Positions 63,966 through 64,000 of a stretch of DNA of 64,000 nucleotides are shown here, piece by piece (within the stretch, counting starts at the first letter, position 1; each line of letters opens with the position of its first letter). The stretch is from the NCBI GenBank assembly GCA_965649765.1, contig OZ287749.1:40548001-40612000 (forward strand), in the 5' to 3' direction. The stretch is from Bispira polyomma (taxonomy: Eukaryota). The translations under genes were made by a program, and so were the position numbers. A model generated the notes under the pieces. It did no database searches and had not been told where the DNA came from. It saw only the letters and a list, made by a program, of their open reading frames with translations.

Positions 63966-64000
63966 AGAGTAACTTAAGATTCCCCAAATAGGCCTTGAAG

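Overview
AT-rich animal genomic DNA, probably lophotrochozoan/molluscan (inferred from the repeat families). One protein-coding gene is supported: a + strand Delta (DSL-family Notch ligand). I assembled it by hand from 10 coding exons (35300-54639, 2520 nt, 839 aa), all with GT-AG introns and consistent phases. Domain order: signal peptide, N-terminal C2/MNNL domain, DSL, 9 EGF repeats, Thr-rich stalk, TM helix, intracellular tail with an NxxN motif, and a C-terminal ATEV PDZ ligand. About 34 kb upstream and 9 kb downstream show no recognisable gene. They hold MITEs, SINEs, a young LINE 3' end, minisatellites and a 200-N gap. The most unusual signal is that tandem duplications sit on three Delta splice junctions (exon 4 donor x4, exon 6 acceptor x2, exon 8 donor array). 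The first two copy intact splice sites whose use would give premature stops or TM-less Delta. Other points of note: an in-frame stop at the intron 9 donor (possible ATEV-less isoform), repeated TGGCACGCGAC Hairy/E(spl)-type sites at the candidate promoter, and 3'UTR motifs. No prokaryotic, CRISPR or intact transposase system is present.
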